NCBI GenBank assembly: GCA_951406725.2
Contig: OX597830.1
Coordinates: forward strand, 60,884,001-60,948,000
From: Octopus vulgaris
Lineage: Eukaryota
Direction: 5' to 3'
Length of the DNA: 64,000 nucleotides
The notes under the pieces were generated by a model, which saw nothing but the letters and a program-made list of their open reading frames with translations, had not been told where the DNA came from and made no database searches. Below are positions 26,000 through 38,307 of this stretch, piece after piece; within the stretch, counting starts at the first letter, position 1; every line of letters starts with the position of its first letter. The translations under genes were made by a program, and so were the position numbers.

Positions 26000-26402
26000 T
26001 TACTCTTTACTCTTTTACTTGTTTCAGTCATTTGACTGCGGCCATGCTGGAGCACCACCTTTAATCGAGCAAATCGACCCCGGGACTTATTCTTTGTAAG
26101 CCCAGTACTTATTCTATCGGTCTCTTTTGCCGAACTGCAAAGTGACGGGGACATAAACACACCAGCATCGGTTGTCAAGCAATGCTAGGGGGACAAACAC
26201 ACACACAAACATACACGCACACATATATATATATACATATATACGACAGGTTTCTTTCAGTTTCCGTCTACCAAATCCACTCACAAGGCTTTGGTCGGCC
26301 CGGGGCTATAGCAGAAGACACTTACCCAAGGTGCCACGCAGTGGGACTTAACCCAGAACCATGTGGTTGGTAAGCAAGCTACTTTCCACACAGCCACTCC
26401 TA
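26000..26402 (-). mobile_element. Same SINE, full copy
   Basis: Reverse complement match. Partial copies nearby at about 26805-27010, 27262-27420 and 27928-28075. Confidence 0.88.
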
Positions 26403-28147
26403 TTTTTGTTTTCAGACATAGTATTTCTAGAACTTCATTATTTGATGCCTCATTCTTCCTTCTTTCTAGAAGGAAGAAAGGGGCCACACAGAAGCTCTCA
26501 CTTTGGCTCAATGTCTGATGTCATGTTGAAGTCCTAAATTTTAGGATGTTACGACCTGAATAAAAAAAGTTATGGCTAAAATGCCAATTAAAAGTGAGTT
26601 GAAGAAAGCCTGATTTATTTTGATATTTCTAATTTTATTATTGATACAGGCGAGCACAACACTTGTGTGTCATCATAAGAAGCAGTTAAAAGAATTGGTG
26701 TCAGGAAGGGCATCTGGCTTAAATAAGGAATCATGATACTGCCATGGGGCCTGTAAAGCTAATCCTGGCTTCAGCAGAGAATGGCCTTAAAAATGATGGT
26801 TATATTCTTTTATTCTTTTACGTGTTTCAGTCATTTGACTGTGGCCATACTGGAGCACTGCCCTGAAGGGTTTTAGTCAAGCAAATCGACCCCAGGACTT
26901 ATTTTTTAAAGCCTAGTACTTACTCTATCAGTCTCTTTTGCTGAATTGCTAAGTTATGGGGATGTAAACACACCAATACCGGTTGTCAAGGGGTAATGGG
27001 GGGGGACAAGCACACAGACTCACACACATAATCTCTCTCTTTCTCTCACACACACACACAAGCAAATGATCATTGTAAGAATTAATTCAATGAGTTCAAT
27101 AAATGTTTTCAAATAAAATGAAATGAAGCAGATTTTGTTGTTAATGATGGAATATTCAATTATCCCCGACAGCTGTTTCTGTCAAAAAGACCAATGATGT
27201 TATCAAAGAAATAATGCATATTATTATCACATAATGTCTTTTTGTACTCATCAGTCGATTGTATGGCTGTGTAGTAAGTAGCTTGCTTACCAACCACATG
27301 GTTCCAGGTTCAGTCCCACTGCGTGGCATCTTAGACAAGTGTGTTCTACTAGAGCCTTCGGCTGACCAAAGCCTTGTGAGAGGATTTGGTAGATGGAAAC
27401 TGAAAGAAGCCCATCGTATATATATATGTGGAGGCGCAATGGTCCAGTGGTTATAGCAGCGGACTTGCGGTCGTAGGATCACGGTTTCGATTCCCAGACC
27501 GGGCGTTGTGAGTGTTTATTGAGCGAAAACACCTAAAAGCTCCACGAGGTTCTGGCAGGGGGTGGTGATCCCTGCTGTACTCTTTCACCACTCTTTCTTC
27601 TGTTGGTCTGCTCGCTTAGCCAGTGGGGTGGCGTCATTCGAAGGCTAAAACAATGCGAATGCATTGTGACCAGCGATGTGTAACTACATCTGATGGACTG
27701 GTCGGTCACGTGATCACGTGATATATGTCATCGTCGTCGTTTAATGTCTGTTTTCCATGCTGGCATGGCAAACGGAAGGCTGCACCAGGCTCCAATCCAT
27801 TCTGGTAAGGTTTCTACAGCTGGATGCCCTTCCTAGTGCCATATACTCCAAGAGTGTATTGGGTGCTTTTTACATGCCACTGGCACGGGAGCCAGTCAGC
27901 TTGCACTGGCATCGACCACGTTCAGTGGGCTTCTTTCAGTTTCTGTCTAGCAAATTGACTCTCAAAGCTTTGGTTAGCCTGAGGCTATTGTAGAAGTCAC
28001 TTGGCCAAGGTGCCATGTTGTGGGACTGAACCAGGAACCATGTGGTTAGGAAGAAAACTTCTTACCACACAGCCATCTATATGAGCAAATATTAGATATT
28101 TTATTTCTTTATGTATGTTTGTATTCCTTTCTTCCTTCAATTCGTAG

Positions 28148-28291
<144 letters not shown>

Positions 28292-28567
28292 TGATTATTT
28301 TATTGTAAAAATTTACATAACCAATGTACAATCCTCATATGTACCATTTTTTTCATAACCATCTTTTATTTATTGTTGTGTGTGATTTATTTTAAACAGT
28401 TACTGCACACTGCAAAAGTTTGCTTTAAATTATTGATAGTCTTTAGTGGAAAAATGGCCATCACAATCATTTAAGAAAAAGATTTGCCTAGAAAGGTATC
28501 TGAGTAAATTGCTAAATTTATTAAACTATTTAACCCTTTAGCATGTGGATTACTCTGTCAAATGTAA

Positions 28568-28931
28568 TCTCTATGTATATAAACGGCAAAATGTCTGTGT
28601 GTGTGTCCTTTATACAAATCCACAATTTTTCATTTAGAGGGCTCGCACTTTCTATGGTCATTCAAAACCATCCAAGGGTGGTCGTGCACATCTTTACATT
28701 TCCCCAGTCACCCCGTAAAGCCATTAAGAAATCAATAGAAGTGACTTTTTTGTGAATTTTCTATCCAAAACCCAATCAAAATGCCCGAAACTTGATACGC
28801 CAATTGAATGCCAGCTAACTGTATGTGAATGGTTGGAGATTTGGACAATACTCATGTGTATATGCGCACACATGCAGCTGTATATGCATGCACTAGCACT
28901 ATGACCCAGCAACACCGGGTCACAGTGCTAG
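28568..28931 (+). mobile_element. Non-autonomous Helitron
   Basis: Starts A|TC, ends with a subterminal hairpin (gcactatgaccc..gggtcacagtgc) + CTAG|T, no TSD. Splits a piggyBac-like MITE whose unsplit form is seen at about 44410-44628. Confidence 0.85.
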
Positions 28932-29969
28932 TACTTATTAATTCACATTGTCTTGAATTAATCCTGTATTATATTGTAGCTTCAATATTTCGATGATGTG
29001 ATTGTTTATTTTTAGAATGATATTGTAGGATAGGTGTGAGAGGCTAGATCTGGCTAGTTTGAACATAAACCAGGTAGAATATTTTGGTTGGATATGGCTG
29101 GTTTAAAATAAAATTATGTGTGTATGTGTATATGTGTGTGCATTCATGTGTTCTTTGTAATATTGCATAAATATCACCATGATATTTTTCCTGTTCTAGT
29201 CCGATACTTGATTCATGGTTCTTGCGACTGAACTCGTTTTGTGCTATATTCTGGTGCAAGATACAAACTCTGTTTACTTCTGTTCAGATTATTAGAGTAA
29301 ATAGTTGATCAACATCTGTAAGACTTTGTTCTTCCTCTTCATCAACTCTTAACTTCCATTTCTCCTTTTCAAGGAATTATTGATGAAGTTGTTAGAGTTC
29401 TGGTCTACCAACTGAAGGAACAGTTGTTCATATTTTGTTACTGTTGCTACAATAATCAATCGATCAACCTTTGACAAAGTTGAATGACCAATTCCAACCA
29501 GTTGGGATTCATAGTTTGGGTTGTGTCATTCATTCTTTCAATTACTGAATACAAAATGTGGTTCGTGAAAATTCCATTTCAGTGATTTTCCCTAAGTCAC
29601 CATCTCACCCTTGTATGTCGATCTGTCATCAGGGTATGGTACCCATTTACTGCTGAGCAAACTGGAGCAACATGAAGTGTTGTTCAAGACCAAAGCACAT
29701 AGCTGGCAGGGGAATCAAAGCCACATTTTTGTGATCATGAGTGCAACACCCTAACCACTAGGCCATGTAACTTTACTACATACCTCACTGTTGCAACAGT
29801 GCATCTAGGACAAATAAACTGGACTCTCAATGGCTAGACCAGATTTTTAATGGCCAGATCTAGTTGTAATAAGTGTAATGAAAAGGCATATTTTATGTAA
29901 TAAATGTGTTTCACTTTGTAGTTCTGAGCTTAAATTGTGCTACAGATGAGGAAGGGATATTACCACTGG

Positions 29970-31322
29970 TAGAATATAGAGGAATTCAAGACTGGCTGCC
30001 CTTGGGAGTTCCTCTACACTGATGACTTTGCAATGTTATTATCATTTTGAATATGCCAGTGGTGCGTTTGAACTTGCAAACAAGCCATTCACTGTATTTT
30101 GTCAGGGAGAAAATTTCTCGCTGTAGACAAATGGTGTGAATACACCTCTACCAGCTTGTAGCAGCATTGTCCAGTTTCTGTGATGGAGAGGAGATAACCA
30201 CTCCAAAATGCTTGCATCTTACAGTCTGGATGGGTGGCACTGCAGGCTGATTTAGGTGTATTTATGCCATTTGTCTACAGAGAGACATTTTCTCCATGAC
30301 AAAACACAGTGAATGGCTTGTTTACAAGTTTCAATGTGCCACTAACATATTCGAACTGCTAATAACATTGCATTTATACACATCACTGCCTTGTGCTCCC
30401 GTAACTGATGACTTTGTTCTTATAGCCGAATCCCTATCAGAACTAGAGAAGAAATTTCAGGTGTGTAAGCAAGGTCTGGAATCAAGGGGCCTTAAGAGTT
30501 AATTTAACAAAGACCAAAATCCTAGTAAGTTGGAAAACATCAAATTACTAATCCCTTCAGGGAGATGACCCTTCTTGATATATAGAAAAGGCGTTGGTAG
30601 AAATTCCATATAGTGTATTCAGTGCAAACTAGGGAAGCATAAGAGGTGCAGTGGTATTAGAAGAAGGTTAACAGAGAAAGTAGTCTTTGAATGTGGCAGA
30701 TGAGCCAGCACAATAAACACTAGGAATAGACTTCCTCAAATGTCTGGGGAAATCTTTCGAAGTAGTAGATAGCTTCTGTTACCTAGGTGACCAAGTTAGC
30801 AGTGAAAGTGGATGCTCTGAAAGTGTAGTTGCTAGAATAAGAACAGGCTGGGCAAAGTTCAGAGAGCTACTAACTTTTGTTGGTAACAAAGGGCCTCTTC
30901 CTCACAGCGAAAGGCAGATTGTATGATAGCTGTGTTTGAACAGCTGTGTTATACGGCAGTGAAACATGGGCTGCAACTACGGAGGCCAAGTGTAGGCTTG
31001 AAAGAAACGAAGTCAGCTGCTCAACTGGGTGGGTCATGTCAGTGTGCATGTATGACAGGGTGTAATTATTTTAAGAGAAAAATTGGGCATAAGAGGTGTG
31101 AGATGTAGTGTGCAAGAGAGAAGACTGTGCTAGTATGGTCATGTGATGTGTATGGATGAGGACAACTGCATACAGAAGTACCAATCTCTAATTGTGGAAG
31201 GAACCTGTGGAAGGGATAGACCCAGGATGACATGGGATGGAGTGATGAGAAGGGACTGAGACTTCTGATGATGTTGACAAGGGACTAAGACTTCTGGCAA
31301 TTTGCTGTGCTTGAGAAGACAT
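29970..31322 (+). mobile_element. Degenerate RTE (RT to C-terminus), interrupted at 30031-30403
   Basis: EEFKTGCPWEFLYTDDFVLIAESLSELEKKF..FCYLGD..QERRLC*YGHV..GRDRPR. Homologous to 3255-4410. Confidence 0.85.
30031..30403. mobile_element. Asymmetric foldback insertion with 13-bp TSD
   Basis: TSD actgatgactttg at 30018-30030 and 30404-30416. Inverted arms of about 117 bp (30031-30147 / 30253-30370). Confidence 0.8.
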
Positions 31323-33215
31323 GTTAAGATATATAAAATCATGGTCCTCCATACTTACAGGCATGTCCTTTACAGCCATGGCCCCTCTCACATGCACACA
31401 CACACACACACATAATCTGTTCTCTGTCAAAACTACACCATAACCCATCTTCCCAGCACCCTTTCGTCCCACTACCCATGATTGCCACCTACTGCAGGCT
31501 CCTCCACTCTCCCTCACATGCCAATCCACACACTTTCCATGCCCTCACATATCTACCACACCTCACTCTCAGCCCTTTTCTCTCACCATCACTTGCTACA
31601 GCCATGTCCTCCCCATCGCTAAACATATCCCCTCATACTCTTATAGAACATCCTCCTCTGTCCTCTCTGTACTTCTAATACTCCCCCACTATTCCCTATA
31701 GATAGGTCCCAATACATCCCCTACACTACCTACTTTTCTCTCTCATTCTGACTGTCTCTCTCTCTCTAACTTTAACCTTTCCTCTTTTTCCTTGTCCTAT
31801 TGGGATATCAAAGAATCTCCTTTATAGTAAGACAACTGTCCCTCCATTATACTCTAACCTTTCGCCTGGCACACACCCACTGCCCTTAATTCCACTCCCT
31901 CTCTCGGCTGACAGGTCTTTGTCTTGCAAGCTATTTAGTGACACTACTGGAGTTGGTGTCGCATAAAAGGCACCTATGCTGGTGCCATGTAAAAGGCACC
32001 TGTGCTGGTACCACATAAAAAGCCCATGTGCCAATGTCGTATTAAAAACCACTCAGCACATTCTGTAAAGTGGTTGGCTTTAGGAAGGGCATCCAGCCAT
32101 AGAAACCATGCCAAAGCTGACAGTTGGAGCTAGGTGCAGCTCTTCAACATGTCAGCTCCTGTCAAATTGTCCAGCCCATACCAGCATGGAAAATGGAAAT
32201 TAAATGATGATGATGATGAAATGGCAATGTCCTGATGGTTGTTCCTAGAGTTATGAGAACAACTAGTAAATTCAATTTCACATCCTTTATCTGCCATATT
32301 TCTTTTTTTGTGGAACTACACTGAATACGTATTCAGCTCTTTTTTTATCAGAATACAAATTTGAAAGACTGACACTCATTGTTATGTAAAATCATATACA
32401 CATATTTAATTGGATTAAATTCAGTATTAATGTATATTTTGAAGTGTTAATGTGATAGTTTCTAATCCATTGACCAACATTAAGAGCACTTGAATTATGA
32501 CGTAGTATTACAATTTTCACCATGATGGAAATACTGTGATGGAAATACAGTTGCATATCTGTAATTTATTAACTGTCATAATTTTAGAACCACATAAATC
32601 AGCATTCTGTTTAGGAACAATCTCTCATACTTTGTGGCAGTTGTAACAAGCAAAACTGCACTTCAAAACCTTGGTGTACTCATCAGTTGAAGTATTTTGT
32701 AATATCTCAATTGTGAATAAAGAAACACTCTAAGGTGCAAATACATTTTATGTGAGAGCACTGCTCATATATCTGCAGCTGCTACACAGCTAAATATTGG
32801 TTTCAAATTTTGGTACAAGGCCAGCAATTTTGAGGGAGAAATAAGAAAGAAGTAGCTATAACGGTATTAGATTAATGGACCAATCAAGGAGAAAATTGGT
32901 TTAGATGAGATGCAATTTAGGAACTAATGATACCCTGAGGCCATAGCAGAGGAGTTTAAGACTAGTTGTACATGGAAACTCCTGTTTCAAGCAAAGAATT
33001 AGAAGGAAGATTACACGTCAAAGCAGTATTTAGAACCAAGAGGTATAAATGGCAATTTAGTTAAGATAAAAGTCGGAAACTAAACAGAGCACCATTTCCA
33101 TCTGGGAAATGGCTATGCTGAATATGCAGAAAGAGAGTAGGCTGGAACTATATCTGTGACTGACAGAGAAGAAGGAATTCACATTTAATAAAATCACAAG
33201 TATAAATAACAGTAA

Positions 33216-33521
33216 GACGTAAAAAGCACCATCCGTTCGTGGCCGTTGCCAGTGCCGCCCCGACTGGCCTCCGTGCCGGTGGCACGTAAAAGCACCATCC
33301 GTTCGTGGCTGTTTGCCAGCACCGTCTGGCGCCTGTGCGGGTGGCACGTAAAAAGCACTCACTACACTCGCGGAGTGGTTGGCGTTAGGAAGGGCATCCA
33401 GCTGTAGAAACACTGCCAGATGAGACTGGGCCTGATGCAGCCTTCTGGCTTCACAGACCCCAGTTGAACCGTCCAACCCATGCTAGCATGGAAAGCGGAC
33501 GCTAAATGATGATGATGATGA
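33216..33521 (+). mobile_element. RTE 3' UTR fragment (related copies at about 4424-4645, 13758-14020, 27728-27925, 31900-32220, 37440-37700, 38385-38912, 39545-39948, 42720-43120)
   Basis: ggcacgtaaaagcacc tandem units, ggcgttaggaagggcatccagctgtagaaac, (GAT)n tail. Confidence 0.8.
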
Positions 33522-34404
33522 CAAGTATAAATAACAGTAAGATCTGCTAACAAATGAAGTCTTTCAAATACTTAGAAGTTGATTAGTTTCTGTTAGTCAC
33601 GACATATTAAGCAGAGGAGGTGGGTGTTGTGAAATCATAGTAACCAATAGATAGGACAGGGTAGAAAAAGTTCAGGGAACTGTTAATTCTGTTGACGACA
33701 AATGATTTTCCTTAGCAAGCGAGTGAGAGTATGGATATGTGGTGTGTACGAAAAGCGATAGTTGGATGCAAAAGTGTCATATGATGTTAAGTGGAAAGGG
33801 TCTGTGGAAGAGGAGAAAGCTGAAAATGTGGGAAGAAGTGGTGAAGTATGATCTTAGGATGCTGAGCCTGTCAATGAAGCTATTGAAGGATTTGTAACTA
33901 GTGTTGAGACTCTATGCTAAGATAGATCCATGAAACAGATGCCAGCATGGAAAAGCAGGCATGAAAATGATGACGATATTTTAGTCATGCTGTGGAATAG
34001 TTCCTAGGCTATAGGGCTTGATAATGAGAAAATAATGGTAGAGACCTGAGGCAGTATGTTGCCCGCACATATCATTTTCTACGTTGTCCTTAAAATTATA
34101 TGAATACTGCAATAACATTCAGAAATTATTTTTATTGTCCATTTTGCTATATTCATGTTGTTTATGATAATTAAATGGCTGAGGACTATTGTTTAGCCCT
34201 TTAGCATTTAAACTGGCCATATCCGGCCAAAAGTATTCTGCCTGTTTTATGTTCAACCTGGCCAGATAGAATAATGTGAACACTAAAGGGTTAGAGGCAG
34301 CTACCTGGCTGAATTGTTTAGATGAACCTACAATATTCTTGTTAATTTACTTGCTTTGTCAAGGCAGCTACCTGGCAGAATCATTAGCATGCTGGGTGAA
34401 ATGC

Positions 34405-34812
34405 TTACTCTTTTACTTATTTCAGTCATTTGACTGCGGCCATGCTGGAGCACTGCCTTTAATCGAGCAACTCGACCCCAGGACTTATTCTTTTGTAAGC
34501 CCAGTACTCATTCTATCGGTCTCTTTTGCCGAACCGCTAAGTAACGGGGACATAAACACACCAGCGTTGGTTGTCAAGTGATGTTTGCAGGGACAAACAC
34601 AGACACACAAACATATACACATGCATGCCTATATTTATATATATATATATACATATACACACGATGGGCTTCATTCAGTGTCCATCTACCAAATCCTCTC
34701 ACAAGGCCTTGGTCGGCCCGAGGCTATAGTAGAAGACACTTGCCCAAGTTCTTGAACCCGGAACCATTTGGTTGGTAAACAAGCTACTTACCACACAGCC
34801 ACTCCTGTGCCT
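34405..34812 (-). mobile_element. Same SINE, inserted in a Meta-like SINE (34362-34985)
   Basis: Reverse complement match. The flanks continue the host SINE (gctgggtgaaatgctta|...tctgcatttcatcc). Confidence 0.85.
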
Positions 34813-35137
34813 TATCTGCATTTCATCCAGCTTTATATTCTGAGTTCAAATTCCACCAGGGTCAACTTTGCCTTTCATTCTTTTGGGATTAATAAAATAA
34901 GTACCAGTTGAGCACTGGGGTTCAATATTATCGACTTATCCTGTCCCCTGAAATTGCTGGTCTTGTGCTAGAATTTGAAACCAATTTACTTGCTTTGTCT
35001 TTATAAAAAAGAAAAAAACAGACTAAAAGAATTAAAAGAAACAATATGATTCTTCAACGCTTTTCTCTTGTAATTCAGTATTTTCTCTATGAATTTGACA
35101 TTTATTGTTATTGATCACTCTGCATATTTGTTTCCAG

Positions 35138-35228
35138 CTACCGACTCAGTAAGAAAGTGTTGCCATATCTAAAAGATTTTATGATGAGGACATGTGGTGT
35201 CAGTTTAGAGCATAAGATTGCAGCTCAG
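35138..35228 (+). CDS. AGPS: AGPS exon 3 (91 nt)
   Basis: tttccag acceptor, (R)YRLSKKVLPYLKDFMMRTCGVSLEHKIAAQ, gtaagg donor. Phases 2/0 fit the neighbouring exons. Confidence 0.93.
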
Positions 35229-35695
35229 GTAAGGATTAGCTAATTCCTTTCTCTTTCTTTTTTGACTGTGTTTGTTCCTGAAACTAATGGCCCGGGGTGA
35301 ATGGTGAGAAGCAAATAGAGAAGAACTGATGCTTTTGTCATAAGTAGGTTCATATGAAGAGTTATTGCTGTAAACAGGTGAATGCTAACAATTCATATAA
35401 AACGACTATACTGGTTAATATTTATCTGGTGTGAACTTTTATTTGTGTGTGTGTGTGTGTGTTGGAGAGAGAGAGAGGTGGGGAAAGTAATTAGAACACT
35501 GAAGTTTATGGCTAACGAGTTAGCAGTTTATACTGCCACTGGCACAGAATTGTGGCTGAGGCAAAGCAACAGCAATGATGGGAACCAAAAGCTAATAACC
35601 CCGGGAATAGAATTGAAAACTAGGAGTTAACTGGTAACTTGTTGCTAAGACAGCTAAATAAATTGATTTTCTTTTCAATTCTTTTCTTTCTTCAG

Positions 35696-35816
35696 CCAGA
35701 GATTACAGCAGCTGATATCCCTCCTCCTGTAAAGAACAAGGAATTCCTCACTGATCTTCGACGCACTGGTATTAATTATTCAGATGACTGCCAAGACAGA
35801 CTTTTCAGAGCTCATG
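35696..35816 (+). CDS. AGPS: AGPS exon 4 (121 nt)
   Basis: Polypyrimidine tract + cag, PEITAADIPPPVKNKEFLTDLRRTGINYSDDCQDRLFRAH(G), gtaaga donor. Matches the DRxFRAHGH motif. Confidence 0.96.
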
Positions 35817-36049
35817 GTAAGACTTTATCCTTGAAATAGCTCACCTGAAATCATGTAGTTTACCTGCATTGTTCTCATGTATACTTAGCAGAATAGTGGC
35901 TTCCATTACAGTGCACAATAAAGAGCAAAGTATATTTATTCAATATTTCAGCTTTAACAAGCGTTTATAATTCCAAATATGTAGTGTAGATGAGTGGGAT
36001 ATTCAAATAAGCCAATAAACTATTGTTTTCTTTCAGAGTAAGAGCTTGT

Positions 36050-36770
36050 AAATAAATTTGGTAATGAAACATGGGCTGTGACCGGCAAGGACATGCGTAG
36101 GCTTGAAAGAAATGAAGCTAGCATGCTTCACCAGATGTGCAATGTCAATGTGCATGTACGACAGAGTGTAAGCATCTTGAGAGAAAAGCTGGGCATAAGA
36201 AGCATCAGATGTGGTGTGCAAGAGAGATGACTGTGCAGGTATGGTCATGTGATTCATATGGATAAGGACAGGTGTGTAAAGAAGTGCTGATCTCTAACTG
36301 TGGCCAGGAATCTGTGGAAGAGGTAGACCCAGGAAGACATGGGATGAGGTGGTGAAGCATGATCTTTGAATGTTGGGACAAATGGAGGTGATGACCAGTG
36401 ACCGAAACCTTTGGCAATATGCTGTACCTGAGAAGACCCAGCAAGCCAAGTGAAATTGTAGTTGTGGCTGATGCTGGTGTCACATAATTGGCACCTGTGC
36501 CGCTGGCTTGTAAAAACCACTTTTCGAGCATTGGCCAATGCCAGTGTCATATAACTAGTACCTGTGCTGGTGTTGCACAACAAGCACCTGCGCTGGTAGG
36601 ACCCGTGCTAGCGTGGAAAACGGACGTTAAACGATGATGATGATGAGTGTTGGGCTTTACGGAGGCAATGACAAATGACCGAGACCTTTGGCAATATGCT
36701 GTGCTTGAGAAGGTAAACCCGTCAAGGTAAATGAAATCATAGTCATGGCAGATACTGGTGTCATGCATAT
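36050..36770 (+). mobile_element. RTE C-terminus + 3' UTR ending in (GAT)n, then a second 3' fragment
   Basis: NETWAVT..ERNEASML..GRGRPRKTWDEVVK, then aaaacggacgttaaacgatgatgatg tail. Confidence 0.85.
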
Positions 36771-36799
36771 GTGTGTGTTTGTAGAGCTATTAAGACTAG

Positions 36800-37262
36800 T
36801 TACAGTCTGATTTGGCATGGTTTCTATGGCAGAATGCCCTTCCCAGCACCAACCACTTTACAGAGTGTGCTGGGTGCTTTTACATGGCACTTTTATGTGG
36901 TGTCACACAGGTACTTTTACATGGTGCTACAGGGCACTTTTATGTGGCACCACAAGGTGCTTTTATGTGCTCCTGCACAGGGGCTTTTATGTGTTGGTGC
37001 ACAGGTGCTTTTAGGTGGCACCGCACCGGTGCTTTTATGCGGCACCATACAGGTGCTTTTATGTGGCATTGTACAGGTACTTTTATGTGGTATCACCATG
37101 AGTGATTTACACTACCAGAAGGATTGGTCTTAACACTTCTGCTGCAGAGCATGGGTCTTCTTGAGTACAGCCAGGTGCCAGGCATCTCAGTCCTTTGTTA
37201 TATCTCACCTGAAAGGTTCAGTGTCCTGAGGTCATTCTTCAGTACTTCATCCTATGTCTTCC
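36800..37262 (-). mobile_element. RTE 3' end with internal ~22-bp minisatellite
   Basis: About 9-10 units of gtgcttttatgtggcaccacacag-like sequence at 36875-37095 within the RTE 3' UTR. Confidence 0.7.
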
Positions 37263-37744
37263 AATGGTTTCTGAAATACCTGGGTAGATTTTCAAACATG
37301 CAAACAATACAAAAAACAGTCATCTAATTGGATGGATTGAATGATGATTGAGATGGCACAATAATATTTTTACTGTTTCTTAGTATATCTTTTATGGCCA
37401 TGCCCTGACTCCCTCTCCTGGCCAAGAAGTCTTTCTCTTGCAGGTGTGGGTGTTGCATAAAATGCACTCATGCCAGTGCCGTATAAAAGCACTTATGCTG
37501 GTAGCATATAAGGAGCACTCAGTATACTCTGTAAAGTGGTTGGCATTAGGATGGGCATCCAGCTAAAGAAACCATGCCAAAACAGACAATTGGAGCCTGG
37601 ACATCTCTCTAGCTGGCCAGCTCTTGTCGAAACATTCAGCCCATGCCAGCATGGAAAGCAGACATCAAATGACAACGGCAACAACAACAACAATGATGAT
37701 AAGCTTATGTATTTAAGAGAGAGGAATACACAATGTTCCACCTT

Positions 37745-38060
37745 GCGGAGGCACATGGCCTAGTGGTTAGAGCAGTGGAATCACGGTCGAAGGATCGCGG
37801 GTTCGAATCTCAGACCGGACGATGTGTGTGTTTATGAGCGAAACACCTAAGCTCCACGCGGCTCCGGCAGAAGGTAATGGCGAAACTTCTGCTGACTCTT
37901 TCGCCACAACTTTATCTCACTCTTTCCTTCTGCATCTTGCAGCTCACCTGCGACGGACTGGCGTCCCGTCCAGGTGGGGAACCTATACGCCAAGAAACTG
38001 GGAAACCGGCCCTTATGAGCCAGGCATGGCTCGAGAAGGAACAAACAACAACAACAACAA
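37745..38060 (+). mobile_element. tRNA-derived SINE, third family (V-domain-like body)
   Basis: tggcctagtggttagagc A box, gggttcgaatctc B box, cctgcgacggactggcgtcccgtccagg, (caa)n tail. Other copies at 17794-17975 (+, truncated) and 27428-27720 (+, variant tail). Confidence 0.85.
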
Positions 38061-38169
38061 ATGTTCCACTTTGCTGCGGTATGATTGTGTATTTCAATAT
38101 AGAAAATACTGTCCATTACTGTATTTATCTCTTTGTAACAACAAATACTTTGATCTCTTATAACCTTGA

Positions 38170-38307
<138 letters not shown>

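Noticed and set aside
36875-37095. CRISPR-like repeat array
   Set aside because: Contiguous degenerate ~22-bp tandem units with no unique spacers, inside an RTE 3' UTR, in eukaryotic DNA with no cas genes.
37750-37820. tRNA gene (also the heads at 13153, 17794, 27428 and 46700)
   Set aside because: A/B boxes are present but there is no proper cloverleaf or oligo-T terminator, and they run into SINE bodies.
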